Part shown: piece by piece, positions 38,711-50,147 of the stretch
Position numbering within the stretch: position 1 is the stretch's first letter
How the letters are laid out: each line of letters begins with the position of its first letter
Assembly: GCA_038209995.1 (NCBI GenBank)
Contig: JBBQXD010000010.1
Location: forward strand, 10,245 to 74,244
Reading direction: 5' to 3'
Origin: Candidatus Limnocylindria bacterium
Lineage (GTDB): Bacteria > Chloroflexota > Limnocylindria > QHBO01
DNA: 64,000 bases
Made by a program: the position numbers and the translations under genes
Notes under the pieces: model-generated
The model's database searches: none
What the model was told of the DNA's origin: nothing
What the model saw: only the letters and a program-made list of their open reading frames with translations

Positions 38711-39838
38711 CTAGCGTCCGTAGCGGGCCATCACCTCGCGGAGCGCGTCGTGGGGGAGTGCCGGAGCGGTGATGCCGTCGCGGCCGGTCATCGTTCCGGC
38801 TGAGAGGAGCGCGTTGAGGATCGCCTCCTCGGTCGCTTCGATGGCCGCCCAGAATAGGCGCGACAGGTACGTGTCGTTCAGGGCGGTGACGGTGAAGGTC
38901 GGCGCTCCGGGATCAGCGTACTCGGCGGCGGGCAGGCCGCGGTTGCCGGTCGCGAAGGCGAGGAACAGGTCGCCCGAGGTGTGCTCGCCGGCGCCACCCA
39001 TCCGCGCGATGCCGAGCCCGGCACGCTGCGCGAGCCGCTCGCACTGGTGCGGGAGGAGGGGCGCATCGGTGGCGATGATGACGATGATCGAGCCGGAGCC
39101 GGCCGCGGCCGCGGCGTCGTACGGGCTGGGGATGACATCGGTCCCCAGCTCCTCGCCGACCGGGACGCCCGCGACTGTGAGCCGCTCGCGGCGACCGTAG
39201 TTGGCCTGCACGAGGGCGCCAACGGTGAAGCCGCCGTCACCGGCCTCCACCACGCGTGACGCGGTGCCGATGCCGCCCTTGAACTCGTGGCAGATCATCC
39301 CGGTGCCGCCGCCGACGTTACCCTGCGCCACCTCGCCCCCGACGGCCGCATCCAGCGCGGCGAGCGCGTGCTCTGCGCGCACGTGCTGGCCGTTGATGTC
39401 GTTGAGCAGCCCGTCCCACGTCTCCCCCACCACGGGCAGCGCCCAGTAGACCTCGTCCGCGCCGTGATTCAGCACCTCGGCGGAGATGAGTGCGTCGCGG
39501 ACCGTGCCGACCGCATATGTGTTGGTGAGGCCGATGGGCGTGGTGAGCATCCCACCCTCCCGGATCCACTCCAGGCCGGTGAGCTCGCCGTTGCCGTTGA
39601 GCCGATGGCAGCCGGCGTAGACCGGCTCACGGCCGACGTCACCGTCATGGGGCTGGATGATCGTCACGCCGGTGCGCACCGGACCGATGCCGACCCGGAG
39701 CGGCCCGTCGCCGCTGACGAGGGTGACGTGCCCCACCCGGACGCCGGCAACGTCGGTGATCGCGTCGAGCGGCCCATGTGAGAGCTGACCGATCCGGATC
39801 CCGAGCTCGTGCGCCTTCATCGGTGCCGATGATCGCAT
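38711..39838 (-). CDS. DmpA/P1 (peptidase S58) family aminopeptidase
   Basis: [44 protein letters not shown] and SGD. Confidence 0.93.
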   Translation of the reverse strand: MRSSAPMKAHELGIRIGQLSHGPLDAITDVAGVRVGHVTLVSGDGPLRVGIGPVRTGVTIIQPHDGDVGREPVYAGCHRLNGNGELTGLEWIREGGMLTTPIGLTNTYAVGTVRDALISAEVLNHGADEVYWALPVVGETWDGLLNDINGQHVRAEHALAALDAAVGGEVAQGNVGGGTGMICHEFKGGIGTASRVVEAGDGGFTVGALVQANYGRRERLTVAGVPVGEELGTDVIPSPYDAAAAAGSGSIIVIIATDAPLLPHQCERLAQRAGLGIARMGGAGEHTSGDLFLAFATGNRGLPAAEYADPGAPTFTVTALNDTYLSRLFWAAIEATEEAILNALLSAGTMTGRDGITAPALPHDALREVMARYGR

Positions 39839-39909
39839 GTGCCGCAGCGCGTATCCTCCCCGGCACAGCGACCAAGCACTCGGCATGGTTCCTGCTCAGA
39901 GGCACCGCG

Positions 39910-40764
39910 ATGAGCTTCAACCCTGACGCGAAACTCGACCCCGGCCAGGTACAGGACCGACGTGGCGGCGGTCGCGGCGGCGGCATTGCCGTTGGTGGCG
40001 GCCTCGGGACGCTCCTCGTGCTCGCGATCTACCTCCTGACGAACGGGCAGGTCTCGATTCCGCCGCCCAGCGGCGGCGGCGGCGGTACGGGGCCGAACCC
40101 GAGCAGCGATATCAACGCCGCCTGCACCACCGGCCAGGTCGCCAACCAGCGCGAGGACTGCCGGATCGTCGGCTATGTCAACAGCATCCAGGATTACTGG
40201 GCGAGCGCGCTGCGGGACTACCAGCCGGCGCAGACGGTGCTCTACTCCGATCAGACCGAGAGCGGCTGCGGTACGGCGAACGCGCAGGTCGGTCCCTTCT
40301 ACTGCCCGCAGGACAAGCTCGTCTACCTCGACCTCGGGTTCTTCGGCCAGCTCCAGAGCCAGTTCGGGGCCGAGGGCGGACCGTTCGCGGAGGCGTACGT
40401 GGTCGCGCACGAGTACGGACACCACGTGCAGGACCTCCTCGGCCTGCTCTCCTCGAGCGGCGGCTCGAGCGGTGCTGGCGGAGGCTCGGTGCAGACCGAG
40501 CTGCAGGCCGACTGCTTCGCCGGCGTGTGGGCGAGCCACGCGGTCGAGACCGGCTTCATCGCCCAGCTGACCGCGGATGACATCGCCCAGGCCCTTGATG
40601 CCGCCTCCGCGGTCGGTGACGATCGCATCCAGCAGCAGACGCAGGGCTACGTGAACCCCGACTCGTGGACGCATGGCTCTTCGGCGCAGCGCCAGCAGTG
40701 GTTCAACACCGGCTACTCCTCGCGCGACCCGAACGCGTGCGACACGAGCAGCGTCGGGGGCTGA
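39910..40764 (+). CDS. YpfJ-like neutral zinc metallopeptidase
   Basis: [24 protein letters not shown] and WTHGSSAQR. Confidence 0.92.
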   Translation: MSFNPDAKLDPGQVQDRRGGGRGGGIAVGGGLGTLLVLAIYLLTNGQVSIPPPSGGGGGTGPNPSSDINAACTTGQVANQREDCRIVGYVNSIQDYWASALRDYQPAQTVLYSDQTESGCGTANAQVGPFYCPQDKLVYLDLGFFGQLQSQFGAEGGPFAEAYVVAHEYGHHVQDLLGLLSSSGGSSGAGGGSVQTELQADCFAGVWASHAVETGFIAQLTADDIAQALDAASAVGDDRIQQQTQGYVNPDSWTHGSSAQRQQWFNTGYSSRDPNACDTSSVGG

Positions 40765-41359
40765 CGCCGCGGACCTGATCCGCTGCCGCTGGGCTGGGAT
40801 CGCCCAGCCGGAGTACGCCGCCTACCACGACGCCGAGTGGGGCGTGCCGCTGCACGACGACCGCGCCCTCTTCGAACTCCTCTGCCTGGAGGGCGCCCAG
40901 GCTGGCCTGTCGTGGCTCACCATCCTGCGGCGCCGCGAGGGTTACCGCGCCGCGTTCGATAACTTCGACCCGCAGCGCATCGCGACCTACACCGATGCCG
41001 ACCGGGTCCGCCTGCTCGCCGATCCGCGGATCGTTCGCAACCGCGCCAAGGTCGACGCGGTGATCGGCAATGCGCGAGCCCTCCTGCGCCTGACCGATGG
41101 TGCCGCCAGCGCCTTCGACGCCTGGCTGTGGCGGCTCGTCGATGGACGCCAGCTGCAGAACCGATGGCAGATCATGGACGAGGTGCCGGTCGAGACATCG
41201 GTCTCGCGTGAGCTCTCGAACGCCCTGCGAGGGGCCGGCTTCTCGTTCGTCGGACCCACGATCTGCTACGCCTTCATGCAGTCCGCCGGCCTGGTCAACG
41301 ATCACCTCGTGCCCTGCTTCCGTCATCCGGAGGTGGCGCGGCTCGACCAGATGACGTAG
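40673..41359 (+). CDS. tag: DNA-3-methyladenine glycosylase I (start uncertain; conserved domain begins near 40781)
   Basis: [40 protein letters not shown] and NDHLVPC. Confidence 0.9.
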   Translation: MALRRSASSGSTPATPRATRTRATRAASGADAADLIRCRWAGIAQPEYAAYHDAEWGVPLHDDRALFELLCLEGAQAGLSWLTILRRREGYRAAFDNFDPQRIATYTDADRVRLLADPRIVRNRAKVDAVIGNARALLRLTDGAASAFDAWLWRLVDGRQLQNRWQIMDEVPVETSVSRELSNALRGAGFSFVGPTICYAFMQSAGLVNDHLVPCFRHPEVARLDQMT

Positions 41360-41416
41360 GGCGAGCCGCGTCCTTTGCCGATCGCCGGGTCAGGCACCGT
41401 GCGCCACCATCAAAGC

Positions 41417-41578
41417 ATGAAGCGCCCCGACGAGTCCCACATTCAGTGCCCGCAGCCGCAGGAGCCGCAGCCGGTGGCCCCGAGTCGGGAGCCGCTCCCG
41501 GCGCCCGAATCGACGTGGCGCCTCCGCGGCCCGCGCGCCGTCTTCCGCCGCCCGTTCCGCCGGCTCGCCTCCGTCTGA
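41417..41578 (+). CDS. Small hypothetical protein (53 aa)
   Basis: Fills the intergenic gap; CACCAT lies 6 nt before the ATG; Pro/Arg-rich. Confidence 0.35.
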   Translation: MKRPDESHIQCPQPQEPQPVAPSREPLPAPESTWRLRGPRAVFRRPFRRLASV

Positions 41579-41621
41579 TCCGGTCCCCCGCCGCTGCGAG
41601 CGGTCGTAGACTCGCGGCGCC

Positions 41622-42548
41622 ATGTCGCAGCCCCTCGCCACCGTCGACGTCCCCGCCAGCAGCGCCAACCTGGGGAGCGGCTTCGATGCGTTCGGCGCCG
41701 CGCTCAGCCTCAAGCTGCGCGCCGAGCTCAAGCCGGGCGACGAATCGGGCATCGTGCTCACCGCGCATGGCGAGGGCGTGCCCCGCGATGACGCGGACCC
41801 CGACGAGAACCTCGTCATCCGTGCCTTCCGCGAGGGCCTGCGGATCTCTCTCGGCGCTGGGGGCGCGACCGGCATCGCGTGGCGCATCGAGGTGAGCAGC
41901 ATGATCCCCGCGGCCCGGGGCCTGGGGAGCAGCGCCGCGGCGATCGTGGCGGGCCTGCTGCTGGGCGCGGCGGTCGGGCGCCGCTCGCCGGATGCCGATG
42001 AGATCCTGGCCGCGGCGACGCGCCTCGAGGGACACATGGACAACGTGGCCGCGGCCCTGTACGGCGGATTCACCCTCGCGGTGGCGGTGGACGAGACGAT
42101 CACCCTTCGCCGCTTCCACGTCCCGGAGACGTGGATCCCGGTCGTCTTCATCCCGGCCGCCGAGAGCCCCACGGCAACCATGCGGGCAGCGCTCCCGGGC
42201 CAGGTGCCACACGCCGATGCCGCGCTCCAGGCCGGGCGTGCCGCGCTGCTGGCGACCGCGATCATGACCTCCGACGCGGAGCTCCTGCGCCCCGCGATGA
42301 GCGATCTGCTCCATCAGCCGTTCCGGCTGCCGCTCCTGGAGGGCGCGGCCGAGCTGATCGAGGCGGCCTACGACCGCGGGGCGGCTGGGGCATGCCTCTC
42401 CGGCGCCGGGCCGTCCGTGCTTGCGATCTGCGACAGCCCGACCGCGGCCCACGCGGTCGAGAAGGGGTGGAACGGCGCCGGCGTGCGCGGGATGGCGACG
42501 CGGCTGCGCTTCGACACCGCTGGCGCGCGGCTCATCACGGGGGAGTAG
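41622..42548 (+). CDS. thrB: Homoserine kinase
   Basis: [37 protein letters not shown] and LSGAGPS. Confidence 0.95.
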   Translation: MSQPLATVDVPASSANLGSGFDAFGAALSLKLRAELKPGDESGIVLTAHGEGVPRDDADPDENLVIRAFREGLRISLGAGGATGIAWRIEVSSMIPAARGLGSSAAAIVAGLLLGAAVGRRSPDADEILAAATRLEGHMDNVAAALYGGFTLAVAVDETITLRRFHVPETWIPVVFIPAAESPTATMRAALPGQVPHADAALQAGRAALLATAIMTSDAELLRPAMSDLLHQPFRLPLLEGAAELIEAAYDRGAAGACLSGAGPSVLAICDSPTAAHAVEKGWNGAGVRGMATRLRFDTAGARLITGE

Positions 42549-42646
42549 CGGGGCGGGCACTCCGGTCGCTCGTCTCCGCGCGGGCAACAATGCGAACCCC
42601 GCCCCGGAGGGCCGGACCGCGCGACCCGGTACCATCGTCGGCGCCC

Positions 42647-44728
42647 ATGAGCCTCATCACCATCGCCGGCGTCGCGAAGAGCCACGCCGCCCAGCACCTG
42701 TTCAGCAACGTCGATCTCCAGATCGCCGCCGGCCGCCGCGTGGCAATCGTGGGGCCAAACGGCGCCGGGAAGACGACCCTGCTCGAGCTGATCACCGGCG
42801 AGCAGGAGGTGGACGCCGGCACGATCACTCGTGCCCGTGACACCGTGATCGGCTACCTCCGCCAGGAGGTCGCGCAGTCGCGCGGTGGCAGCGTGGTTAA
42901 CGAGGTGCTGGCCGGCGCCGGCGAGCTGACGGGCATCGGGCGCCGCATGCGTCACATCGAGGCCGAGCTGACCGACGCGAGCGACGAGGACGAGCTCGCC
43001 GAGCTGATGGACGAGTACGGGCGGCTCCAGCATCGGTTCGAGGCGATGGGGGGCTACACCCTCGACGCCGAGGCGCGGCGCATCCTGGCAGGGCTCGGCT
43101 TCGCACAGGACGACATGGAGCGACCGGTCGACGAGTTCAGTGGTGGCTGGATGATGCGCATCGCGCTCGCGCGGCTCCTGCTCGCCAACCCCGACGTCCT
43201 GCTCCTCGACGAGCCCACGAACCACCTCGACCTGGCGAGCGTGGAGTGGCTCCAGGACTTCCTGGCCACGTACGCCGGCGCGATCGTGCTCGTCAGCCAC
43301 GACCGCGACTTCATCAACGCGGTCGCCAACCGGGTCGTGGAGCTGGCGAACGGCGCCGCCACCGAGTACGTCGGCGACTACGGCGACTTCGTCGAGCAGC
43401 GCGCCGAGCGCGAGGCGACGCTCGCCGCCCAGGCACGAAACCAGCAGCGGAAGATCGCGCAGACCGAGGCGTTCATCGAGCGCTTCCGGTACAAGGCGAC
43501 GAAGGCGCGCCAGGTGCAGAGCCGGATCAAGGCCCTCTCCCGGCTCGACCGGGTCACGGCACCGCAGCGCTCGCGGCGCAGCGTGCGCTTCCACTTCCCG
43601 ACGCCATCCCGCTCCGGGCGCACGGTGATCACGCTCCACGACGTTCGCAAGGCGTATGGCGACCACGTCGTGTATGACGGGCTCGACTTCACGCTCGAGC
43701 GCGGCCAGAAGGTCGCGCTCATCGGTCCCAACGGTGCCGGCAAGTCGACGCTGCTCAAGATCCTGGCCGGCGTGCTGCCCTTCGAGCGCGGGACGCGCGA
43801 GCTCGGCCTCAACGTGCGCGTCGCCTACTTCGCGCAGCACCAGATCGAGGCCCTCACCCCGGTGAACACCGTCTTCGAGGAGCTCGGCACGGCGGCCGGT
43901 GCGATGTCGACCGATGCCATGCGCCGCCTCCTCGGCGCCTTCCTCTTCTCCGGCGACGCGATCGAGAAGAAGGTGCGCGTCCTGTCCGGCGGTGAGCAGA
44001 CGCGGCTCGCGCTGGCGAAGCTTCTCGCCGACCCGGCGAACCTGCTCTGCCTCGACGAGCCGACGAACCACCTCGACATCGCCTCGCGCGACGTGCTCGA
44101 GGAGGCGTTGGCCGAGTTCGCCGGCACCGTCGTCCTGATCACCCATGACCGGCACCTCATCCGCAGCGTGGCGAACACGATCGTCGAGATCGGTGGCGGC
44201 GAGGCCACCCTCTACCGCGGCGACCTCGAGGAATGGGCCGCCCACCGCGGCATCGACCTCGACCACCGCGGCCTGGCCGAGGGCTTCGGCTCGCGGACCG
44301 ATGGCGCTTCGGCGGCCGCCGAAGCGGGCGCCTTCGGCGCTGCCCCGGGCTCGCACAACGGGGTGGTTGCCACGCCACGCGGCATCGAGGCGCGCGCTCC
44401 ACGGGCACGCGAGACCGCGGCCGAGGTGGCCGCTCGGAAACGGGCGGACGCGGAGGATCGCAATCGGCGCTACCGGAGGACGCGGGAGCTGCGGTCACGC
44501 CTGGCGCAGGTCGAGCGCGACGCCAGCGCTGCCCAGCACGAGCTGGGCGCGGCGACCGAGCGGCTCGCCGATCCATCGGCCTATGGCGACCCGACCGCGG
44601 TGCGTGCCCTCATCGAGCGCCATACCACGGCGCGCGACCGCGCCGACGCCCTGGCGGCGGAGTGGCAGTCCCTCACCAGCGACCTCGAGGCCGCCGAGGC
44701 CGAGGAGGCGGCCGGAGCGACCCGGTGA
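42647..44728 (+). CDS. ABC-F family ATPase
   Basis: Two ABC domains ([28 protein letters not shown]), interdomain linker, C-terminal coiled coil; no TM. Confidence 0.95.
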   Translation: MSLITIAGVAKSHAAQHLFSNVDLQIAAGRRVAIVGPNGAGKTTLLELITGEQEVDAGTITRARDTVIGYLRQEVAQSRGGSVVNEVLAGAGELTGIGRRMRHIEAELTDASDEDELAELMDEYGRLQHRFEAMGGYTLDAEARRILAGLGFAQDDMERPVDEFSGGWMMRIALARLLLANPDVLLLDEPTNHLDLASVEWLQDFLATYAGAIVLVSHDRDFINAVANRVVELANGAATEYVGDYGDFVEQRAEREATLAAQARNQQRKIAQTEAFIERFRYKATKARQVQSRIKALSRLDRVTAPQRSRRSVRFHFPTPSRSGRTVITLHDVRKAYGDHVVYDGLDFTLERGQKVALIGPNGAGKSTLLKILAGVLPFERGTRELGLNVRVAYFAQHQIEALTPVNTVFEELGTAAGAMSTDAMRRLLGAFLFSGDAIEKKVRVLSGGEQTRLALAKLLADPANLLCLDEPTNHLDIASRDVLEEALAEFAGTVVLITHDRHLIRSVANTIVEIGGGEATLYRGDLEEWAAHRGIDLDHRGLAEGFGSRTDGASAAAEAGAFGAAPGSHNGVVATPRGIEARAPRARETAAEVAARKRADAEDRNRRYRRTRELRSRLAQVERDASAAQHELGAATERLADPSAYGDPTAVRALIERHTTARDRADALAAEWQSLTSDLEAAEAEEAAGATR

Positions 44729-45678
44729 CTGCCCCGACCGTGCGACCCGGCCTGGCAGGCGCCGGGCTGGTGACGCTCGCCGCGATCTGCTTCGGCACCC
44801 TGGGGCCGGTCACGCGCTTCGCGCATGACGCCGGGGTGGAGCCGATCGCGCTCGTGGCATGGCGTGCCGGACTCGGCGGGATGGCAATGCTGGCGCTGCT
44901 CCTCACCCTCCGCGGCGCCGTCGGACGGCAGCCGCTGGCGCCGCGCGACATCCCGGGCCGCGACCGCGGGTTCATCCTCGGCGGCTCGCTCGCCAACCTC
45001 GTCCTCAACCTGTCGATGTTCATCGCCTTCGTGCGCATCGACATCGGGCTCGCGCTCCTCGTCTTCTACTCCTACCCGGCGTTCGTGGCGATCGCCTCGG
45101 TCGGGTGGTTCGGCGACCGGCTCGACCGCGTGCGCTGGGCGGCGCTGGGAATCTCGATGCTGGGCCTCGTCCTGACCCTGGCCGGCGCCGGGCGCTTCGG
45201 CTCGATCGACCTCGTGGGCGTCGGGCTGGCGTTCCTCGCCGCCGTGATGCAGGCCTTCTATGTCCTCGCCGCGCGGAACGGGTTTGCGCGCATCCCGCCG
45301 ATCGAGGCCGCGGCGACCACGATGTCGCTGGCGGCCATCGGCTATCTCGTCATCGCCCTCGTCACCGGGCAGGTCGCCACCCTCGGCGCCCCGCTCGCAT
45401 CGGCAGCGGCGCTGTCGCCGGTCCTGGTCGCCGGATTCATCGGCGCCGCGATCCCGACGCTGTGCTTCATCACCGGCATCCGCCTCCTCGGCGCACCGAG
45501 GGCGGCGATCCTGGCCACGCTGGAGCCGGTCGTCGGCGTCGGCCTCTCCGCGCTCTTCCTCGCCGAGTACCCGGCGCCGTTGCAGCTGGGGGGCGGTGCG
45601 CTGATCCTCGTGGCGGCGGTGCTCCTGCAGCTCGGCCGCGGCCCCGCCGCGGAGCACGAGGCAATCGCGGCGGCCTGA
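44725..45678 (+). CDS. EamA/DMT family transporter
   Basis: GTGA overlap; 10 TM helices; [11 protein letters not shown] motif. Confidence 0.88.
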   Translation: MTAPTVRPGLAGAGLVTLAAICFGTLGPVTRFAHDAGVEPIALVAWRAGLGGMAMLALLLTLRGAVGRQPLAPRDIPGRDRGFILGGSLANLVLNLSMFIAFVRIDIGLALLVFYSYPAFVAIASVGWFGDRLDRVRWAALGISMLGLVLTLAGAGRFGSIDLVGVGLAFLAAVMQAFYVLAARNGFARIPPIEAAATTMSLAAIGYLVIALVTGQVATLGAPLASAAALSPVLVAGFIGAAIPTLCFITGIRLLGAPRAAILATLEPVVGVGLSALFLAEYPAPLQLGGGALILVAAVLLQLGRGPAAEHEAIAAA

Positions 45679-45731
45679 GGCGGCGGTTGACGCGCGGCTG
45701 GCGACCAGGCGCGTGAGGCTGAGCCCCGCCC

Positions 45732-46769
45732 TCACGCCATGAAGGCCGCATGGACGGCCTGGGCCGCCGATTCCACCTGGTCGACGGGCACCTCGGCCCA
45801 CACGACGCGCATCGGTCCGGCATCGAACGACCCCTCGCCCGATGCGGGGAGCGGCAGCAGCTCCGGCATGAGGGCCGCCGGCCCCACGAGGCTGATGCGC
45901 GCCATCCGTTCCTTGCGGTCGACAGCGAGCAGCAGGACGCCAGGTGGATCACCTCCGCCACGCGTCGCCACCGGCCGCACCAGGGTCTGGGGCGCGGCGT
46001 CGTCGAGCGCCCGCACCACGAGCCGCAGCCGCCCACGTCGCGCGCGGCGCACGGCGACCGGGTGGACGATCTCGGCTCCAAGCTCGGCGAGCAGCTCGAG
46101 CTGCGCGGCATCGACGATCGGGAGGAAGCGCGCGGCAGGCACGAGCCGCGGATCAGCCTCCATCACACCCCCGACGTCCTTGAACAGCTCGCAGCGATCC
46201 GCGCGCAGCGCGACCGCCAGCACGACCGCCGACAGGTCGGTGCCTCCGCGGCCGAGCGTCGTCAGCTCCCCGTGCTCGCCGATCCCCTGGAAGCCCGCCA
46301 CGACCGGGACCAGCCCCCGCGCCAGGGCGGCACGCAGCGGCCGCGCCAGCACGCGCCGCACCTCCGCGCCGAGGTGCGCGGCGGCCGTCCGGATCCCCGC
46401 CTCGGCGCCGGAGAAGGAGCGGGCGGGGATGCCGTGCGCCTGGAGTCCCAGGGTGAAGAGCGCGGCCGACAGGGCCTCGCCGGTGGCGAGGGCGCGGTCC
46501 GCCTCGCGGGCGCGCGCCGACCCGGCATCGTGGCCCGCCTCGCGCAGCCAGTCCGCGCCATGCGGCAGGAGGGCGGACGCCGCTGCAATGATCGTATCGG
46601 TCACCCCTTCGAACGCACTGACAACCACCACCGGGCGTTGGCCGACGCCACGCTGCCGGGCGACGACGTCGACCGCTGCGGCGATGTCCTCGGCGCGACG
46701 CAGGACCGAGCCGCCGAACTTGTCGACGACGACCTCGCTCGCGTCCTGCACCGTGGCCGATGGGCTCAT
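45732..46769 (-). CDS. lysC: Aspartate kinase (short or degenerate regulatory region)
   Basis: KFGGS, VVVSA, VAGFQG, TTLGRGGTD and DVGGVMEADPR. Confidence 0.85.
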   Translation of the reverse strand: MSPSATVQDASEVVVDKFGGSVLRRAEDIAAAVDVVARQRGVGQRPVVVVSAFEGVTDTIIAAASALLPHGADWLREAGHDAGSARAREADRALATGEALSAALFTLGLQAHGIPARSFSGAEAGIRTAAAHLGAEVRRVLARPLRAALARGLVPVVAGFQGIGEHGELTTLGRGGTDLSAVVLAVALRADRCELFKDVGGVMEADPRLVPAARFLPIVDAAQLELLAELGAEIVHPVAVRRARRGRLRLVVRALDDAAPQTLVRPVATRGGGDPPGVLLLAVDRKERMARISLVGPAALMPELLPLPASGEGSFDAGPMRVVWAEVPVDQVESAAQAVHAAFMA

Positions 46770-46853
46770 GTGGCGCCCAGCCTACCGGCCGGATCCGCGC
46801 GCGGTACGTTCGGGCCTCCAACGGGCACCGGTTCCCGGTACCGTTCGAAGGTC

Positions 46854-47780
46854 ATGTCCGATCCTTCGTCGCGCCCCTCGGTCCGCGCCGGCGTGCTCGC
46901 CTGGTATCGGCGTGAGCAGCGGGCCTTCCCATGGCGCGGTCTTGACGACCCGTTCGCGGTGCTCGTGAGCGAGGTGATGCTGCAGCAGACGCAGGCGGTC
47001 CGCGTCGCCGAGCGATTTCCGGCCTTCATGGCCCAGTTTCCGACGGCGGAAGCCCTGGCGACCGCCGCGCCGGCCGCGGTCCTCGTCGCATGGTCCGGGC
47101 TCGGCTACAACCGCCGCGCGGTCACGTTGCAACGAGCGGCGGCGGAGGTGGCAGCCAACGGATGGCCGCGCCACGTCGACGGCCTGGCCGCGCTGCCGGG
47201 CATCGGTCCATACACCGCTCGCGCCGTCGCGTCACTCGCCTTCGGCGTCCCGGTGGGCGTCGTCGACACGAACGTGCGGCGCTGGCTCCTGCGGCGCTTC
47301 TCCGTGGCGGATCGAGCCGCCCCGCTTCAGCAGCTCGCCGATGACCTCGCAGCGGGAGGTCGCGGCGCGGAGATTCCGGCATGGACGCACGCCAGCATGG
47401 AATTCGGGGCGGCAATCTGCACCGCCCGCGCGCCGCGCTGCGGCGCCTGCCCGATCTCGCGCGGCTGCCCCTCGCGGGGTCGCGCCGCGATGGTGGCGGT
47501 GCCGCGGCAGGCGCCATTCCCTGGCTCCGACCGCGCGTACCGCGGCGCCATCCTTCGTCGGCTGAGCGCCGCGCCCGGCCATCGCCGCGCCATCGACGCC
47601 GTGAAGGCCACGGCGGCGTCGATGAGCGAGGGGGCGCTCTCCGAGGAGGGTTGGCAGCGCATCCTCGCCTCGCTCATCCGGGATGGGCTCGTCCGTCGCT
47701 CCGGGTCGGAACTCGCCCTCGGGCCGATGCCGCCAGACGGCGACGGGACCGACGGGCAGCGCGGGCCCTACAATCGGGCC
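46854..47780 (+). CDS. mutY: A/G-specific adenine glycosylase; no own stop, frame runs on into the redoxin (stop at 48302)
   Basis: VSEVMLQQTQ, GLGYNRRA, LPGIGPYTA, VDTNVRR and Fe-S motif CTARAPRCGACP...C. Confidence 0.88.
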
Positions 47781-48302
47781 ATGAGCCTGAAGGTCACCAT
47801 CGGCGACCAACTGCCCTCGATCGGCCTGCGGGCCACCGACGGGTACCTCCTCAACCTGCGGAGCCACGTCACTCGACAGCCGTCGATCCTCCTCTTCTTC
47901 GGAGCTCCCACCCTGACGGGCGCCGCACGGGAGCGCGGTGAGGCGGTCGCCCGCGCGATTGCCGATGGCCAGGCGCGCCTGGCAGGCGCCGGGGTCGGCG
48001 CATTCGGCATCACCTGCGACAGCGAGACCCAGCAGACCGAATACGTGGCGGAGGCGAAGCTCCCGTTGCTGCTCCTGTCGGATGAGCGCCGCAGCGCGGT
48101 CGAGGCACTCGGGGTGCCGACCACGCGGGATGGCACGAATGTGAACGCGGAACCGACCGCCATCGCGGTCGGCGTCGACGGGACGATCCTCGACATCGTG
48201 GAGCGCGCAGAGCCGCGCGGACTCGTCGCTCGCCTGCTCGACGCGTTCCGCGCACCCGACGCTGACCCGGCTCCGGGCGCCACCGTCGGCGCGCCGGCAT
48301 AG
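47781..48302 (+). CDS. AhpC/TSA (BCP-like) redoxin lacking the peroxidatic Cys
   Basis: IGDQLP...DG...LLFF...LPLLLLSD fold pattern; TACAAT 6 nt upstream of the ATG. Confidence 0.7.
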   Translation: MSLKVTIGDQLPSIGLRATDGYLLNLRSHVTRQPSILLFFGAPTLTGAARERGEAVARAIADGQARLAGAGVGAFGITCDSETQQTEYVAEAKLPLLLLSDERRSAVEALGVPTTRDGTNVNAEPTAIAVGVDGTILDIVERAEPRGLVARLLDAFRAPDADPAPGATVGAPA

Positions 48303-48322
48303 ACGCCGAAACGTCCGGACCG

Positions 48323-49381
48323 ATGCTCGCGGTTCGCCTCCACGCACCCGGCGAGCCACTGCGCATCGAGCAGGTCGACATCCCCGAGCCGCGCGGCACC
48401 GAGGTGCGCGTCCGGGTGGCCGGCTGCGGCGTGTGCCACACCGATCTCCACATCGTCGACGGGTCGCAGCCGCGCGTCGAGCTGCCGGTGACGCTCGGTC
48501 ACGAGGTGGCGGGATGGATCGAGGCGGTCGGCCCCGATGCCGAGCGCGCGATGCACGGCACGCGCCTGCGGCCGCGCCGGCGGCTGCGCATCGGCGACCC
48601 GGTGGTCGTCTTCGGCGGCTGGGGCTGTGGTGCATGCCGCGAGTGCGCGCGCGGCGAGGAGCAGCGCTGCGAGCGCGGCCGATCGCCGGGCTTCCAGAAT
48701 GACGGGGGGTACGCCGAGCAGCTCCTCGTGCCGCACCCGCGCCATCTCGTGGGCCTCGGGCCGCTCGACCCGGTCGAGGCGGCCCCGCTGGCGGACGCCG
48801 GTGTCACGCCCTATCGCGCCGTGCGGCGGGCCGCGTCGTGGCTGGAGCCGGGGGCCCGCGTGCTCCTGATCGGCGCCGGCGGGCTCGGCCAGTTCGCGCT
48901 GCAATACCTCCGCGCATTCCCCGATCTCACGGTCGCCGTCCGCGAGATCCGGCCGGAGAAGCTCGCCGCGGCCGAGGCGCTCGGCGCCGACCTCGGCATC
49001 CTGGGCGGCGACGAGGACCTGGTCCACCTCGGGCTCGGTGGACCGGCGGACGTCGTGTTCGACTTCGTCGGGACCGATGAGACCCTCGACTACGCGGTTC
49101 GCAACGTCGCGGCCGGCGGTCTCCTGTCACTGGTCGGCGAGGCAGGCGGTCACGTCCCGTTTGGGTTCGACAGCGTCCCGGTCGAAATGGCGATCACGAC
49201 CACCGCGTGGGGCGCCGTCGACGACCTGCGCACGGTCGTGAAGCAGGCCCGCCAGGGCCGCCTGCGGTGGGCCGTCGAGCGGATGCCGCTCACTGAGGCT
49301 GCGCGGGCCCACGAGCGCCTCGCGGCCGGCGATGTCGAGGGCCGCATCGTCCTCGTGCCCGGTGGCGCGCCCGGCGCCTGA
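48323..49381 (+). CDS. Zinc-dependent alcohol dehydrogenase
   Basis: GVCHTD, GHE, CGACRECARG...C and GAGGLG. Confidence 0.93.
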   Translation: MLAVRLHAPGEPLRIEQVDIPEPRGTEVRVRVAGCGVCHTDLHIVDGSQPRVELPVTLGHEVAGWIEAVGPDAERAMHGTRLRPRRRLRIGDPVVVFGGWGCGACRECARGEEQRCERGRSPGFQNDGGYAEQLLVPHPRHLVGLGPLDPVEAAPLADAGVTPYRAVRRAASWLEPGARVLLIGAGGLGQFALQYLRAFPDLTVAVREIRPEKLAAAEALGADLGILGGDEDLVHLGLGGPADVVFDFVGTDETLDYAVRNVAAGGLLSLVGEAGGHVPFGFDSVPVEMAITTTAWGAVDDLRTVVKQARQGRLRWAVERMPLTEAARAHERLAAGDVEGRIVLVPGGAPGA

Positions 49382-49388
49382 CCGATGC

Positions 49389-50147
49389 TCAGTCGTTGCC
49401 GAGAAGGCGCGACAGGAAGCCCTTGGGTCGCCGATCGACGGAGTAGAACGGTGGGGCGACCGCGCCGTAGGCCTCGCGCATCGATGGCGCCCGGAGATCG
49501 GTCACGACGAGGTCGCGCTGGGCGCCGAGCTGCTCGGCCGCAAGGGCGCGCAGGCGGTTCCGCACCTCGTCGAAGTCCGCGAGCGTCCCCTCGCTCGACA
49601 GGTCGACGCCGATCGTCCACGCCTGACCGGCGCGCAGGAGCCACGCGCCTTCCACCCGCGGCAGCTCGGCGAGCGTCGTCCGCAGCGCGGCCGCGAAGGC
49701 GGGCGGCACGTCCGCCGGCGCCTCGAGCGACGGCAGCTCCCCGTGCGGTCTCCGCGCGGCCATGGCGCCCGCCGAGGTGGGTTCGATGCCCGCCGCCAGG
49801 AAAGGCAGCACCACGGCGGGCACCTCGATCTGCGAAGGGCTGGCCGGGTCGATGACGAGCCGCTCCGCGCCCTCCTCGGCCCGTGCGAAGAGGTCGCGCG
49901 CGGCAAACGCAACGTGATCGGTGCCTGGCGGCCCGAACTCGGCGAGCAGCTCCGGGCTGGTGTAGGCGCCCAGGAACGGGCCGGCGGCATCAGTTCCGTG
50001 CCGGAATGCGGAGCTCGGCGTGCGGGCCGGGTCCGGGGAGGAGCCGTTCGACGAGCGAATCGGGACCAGCAGCCTCGCATTCAGCAGGTCGCCGAGACGC
50101 GGTGCGCCAGCGCTCTCCGCCTGGGGCCGTGGCCGCCAATCGCTCAC
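49389..50147 (-). CDS. SseB family protein (N- and C-terminal domains)
   Basis: LLVP...FLGAYTS...LVIDP and C-terminal VEGAWL...PFY pattern. Confidence 0.6.
   Translation of the reverse strand: MSDWRPRPQAESAGAPRLGDLLNARLLVPIRSSNGSSPDPARTPSSAFRHGTDAAGPFLGAYTSPELLAEFGPPGTDHVAFAARDLFARAEEGAERLVIDPASPSQIEVPAVVLPFLAAGIEPTSAGAMAARRPHGELPSLEAPADVPPAFAAALRTTLAELPRVEGAWLLRAGQAWTIGVDLSSEGTLADFDEVRNRLRALAAEQLGAQRDLVVTDLRAPSMREAYGAVAPPFYSVDRRPKGFLSRLLGND

Noticed and set aside
45750-46853. N-terminal 368 aa of the 850-aa ORF
   Set aside because: Antisense shadow of aspartate kinase; the real start is ATG 46854
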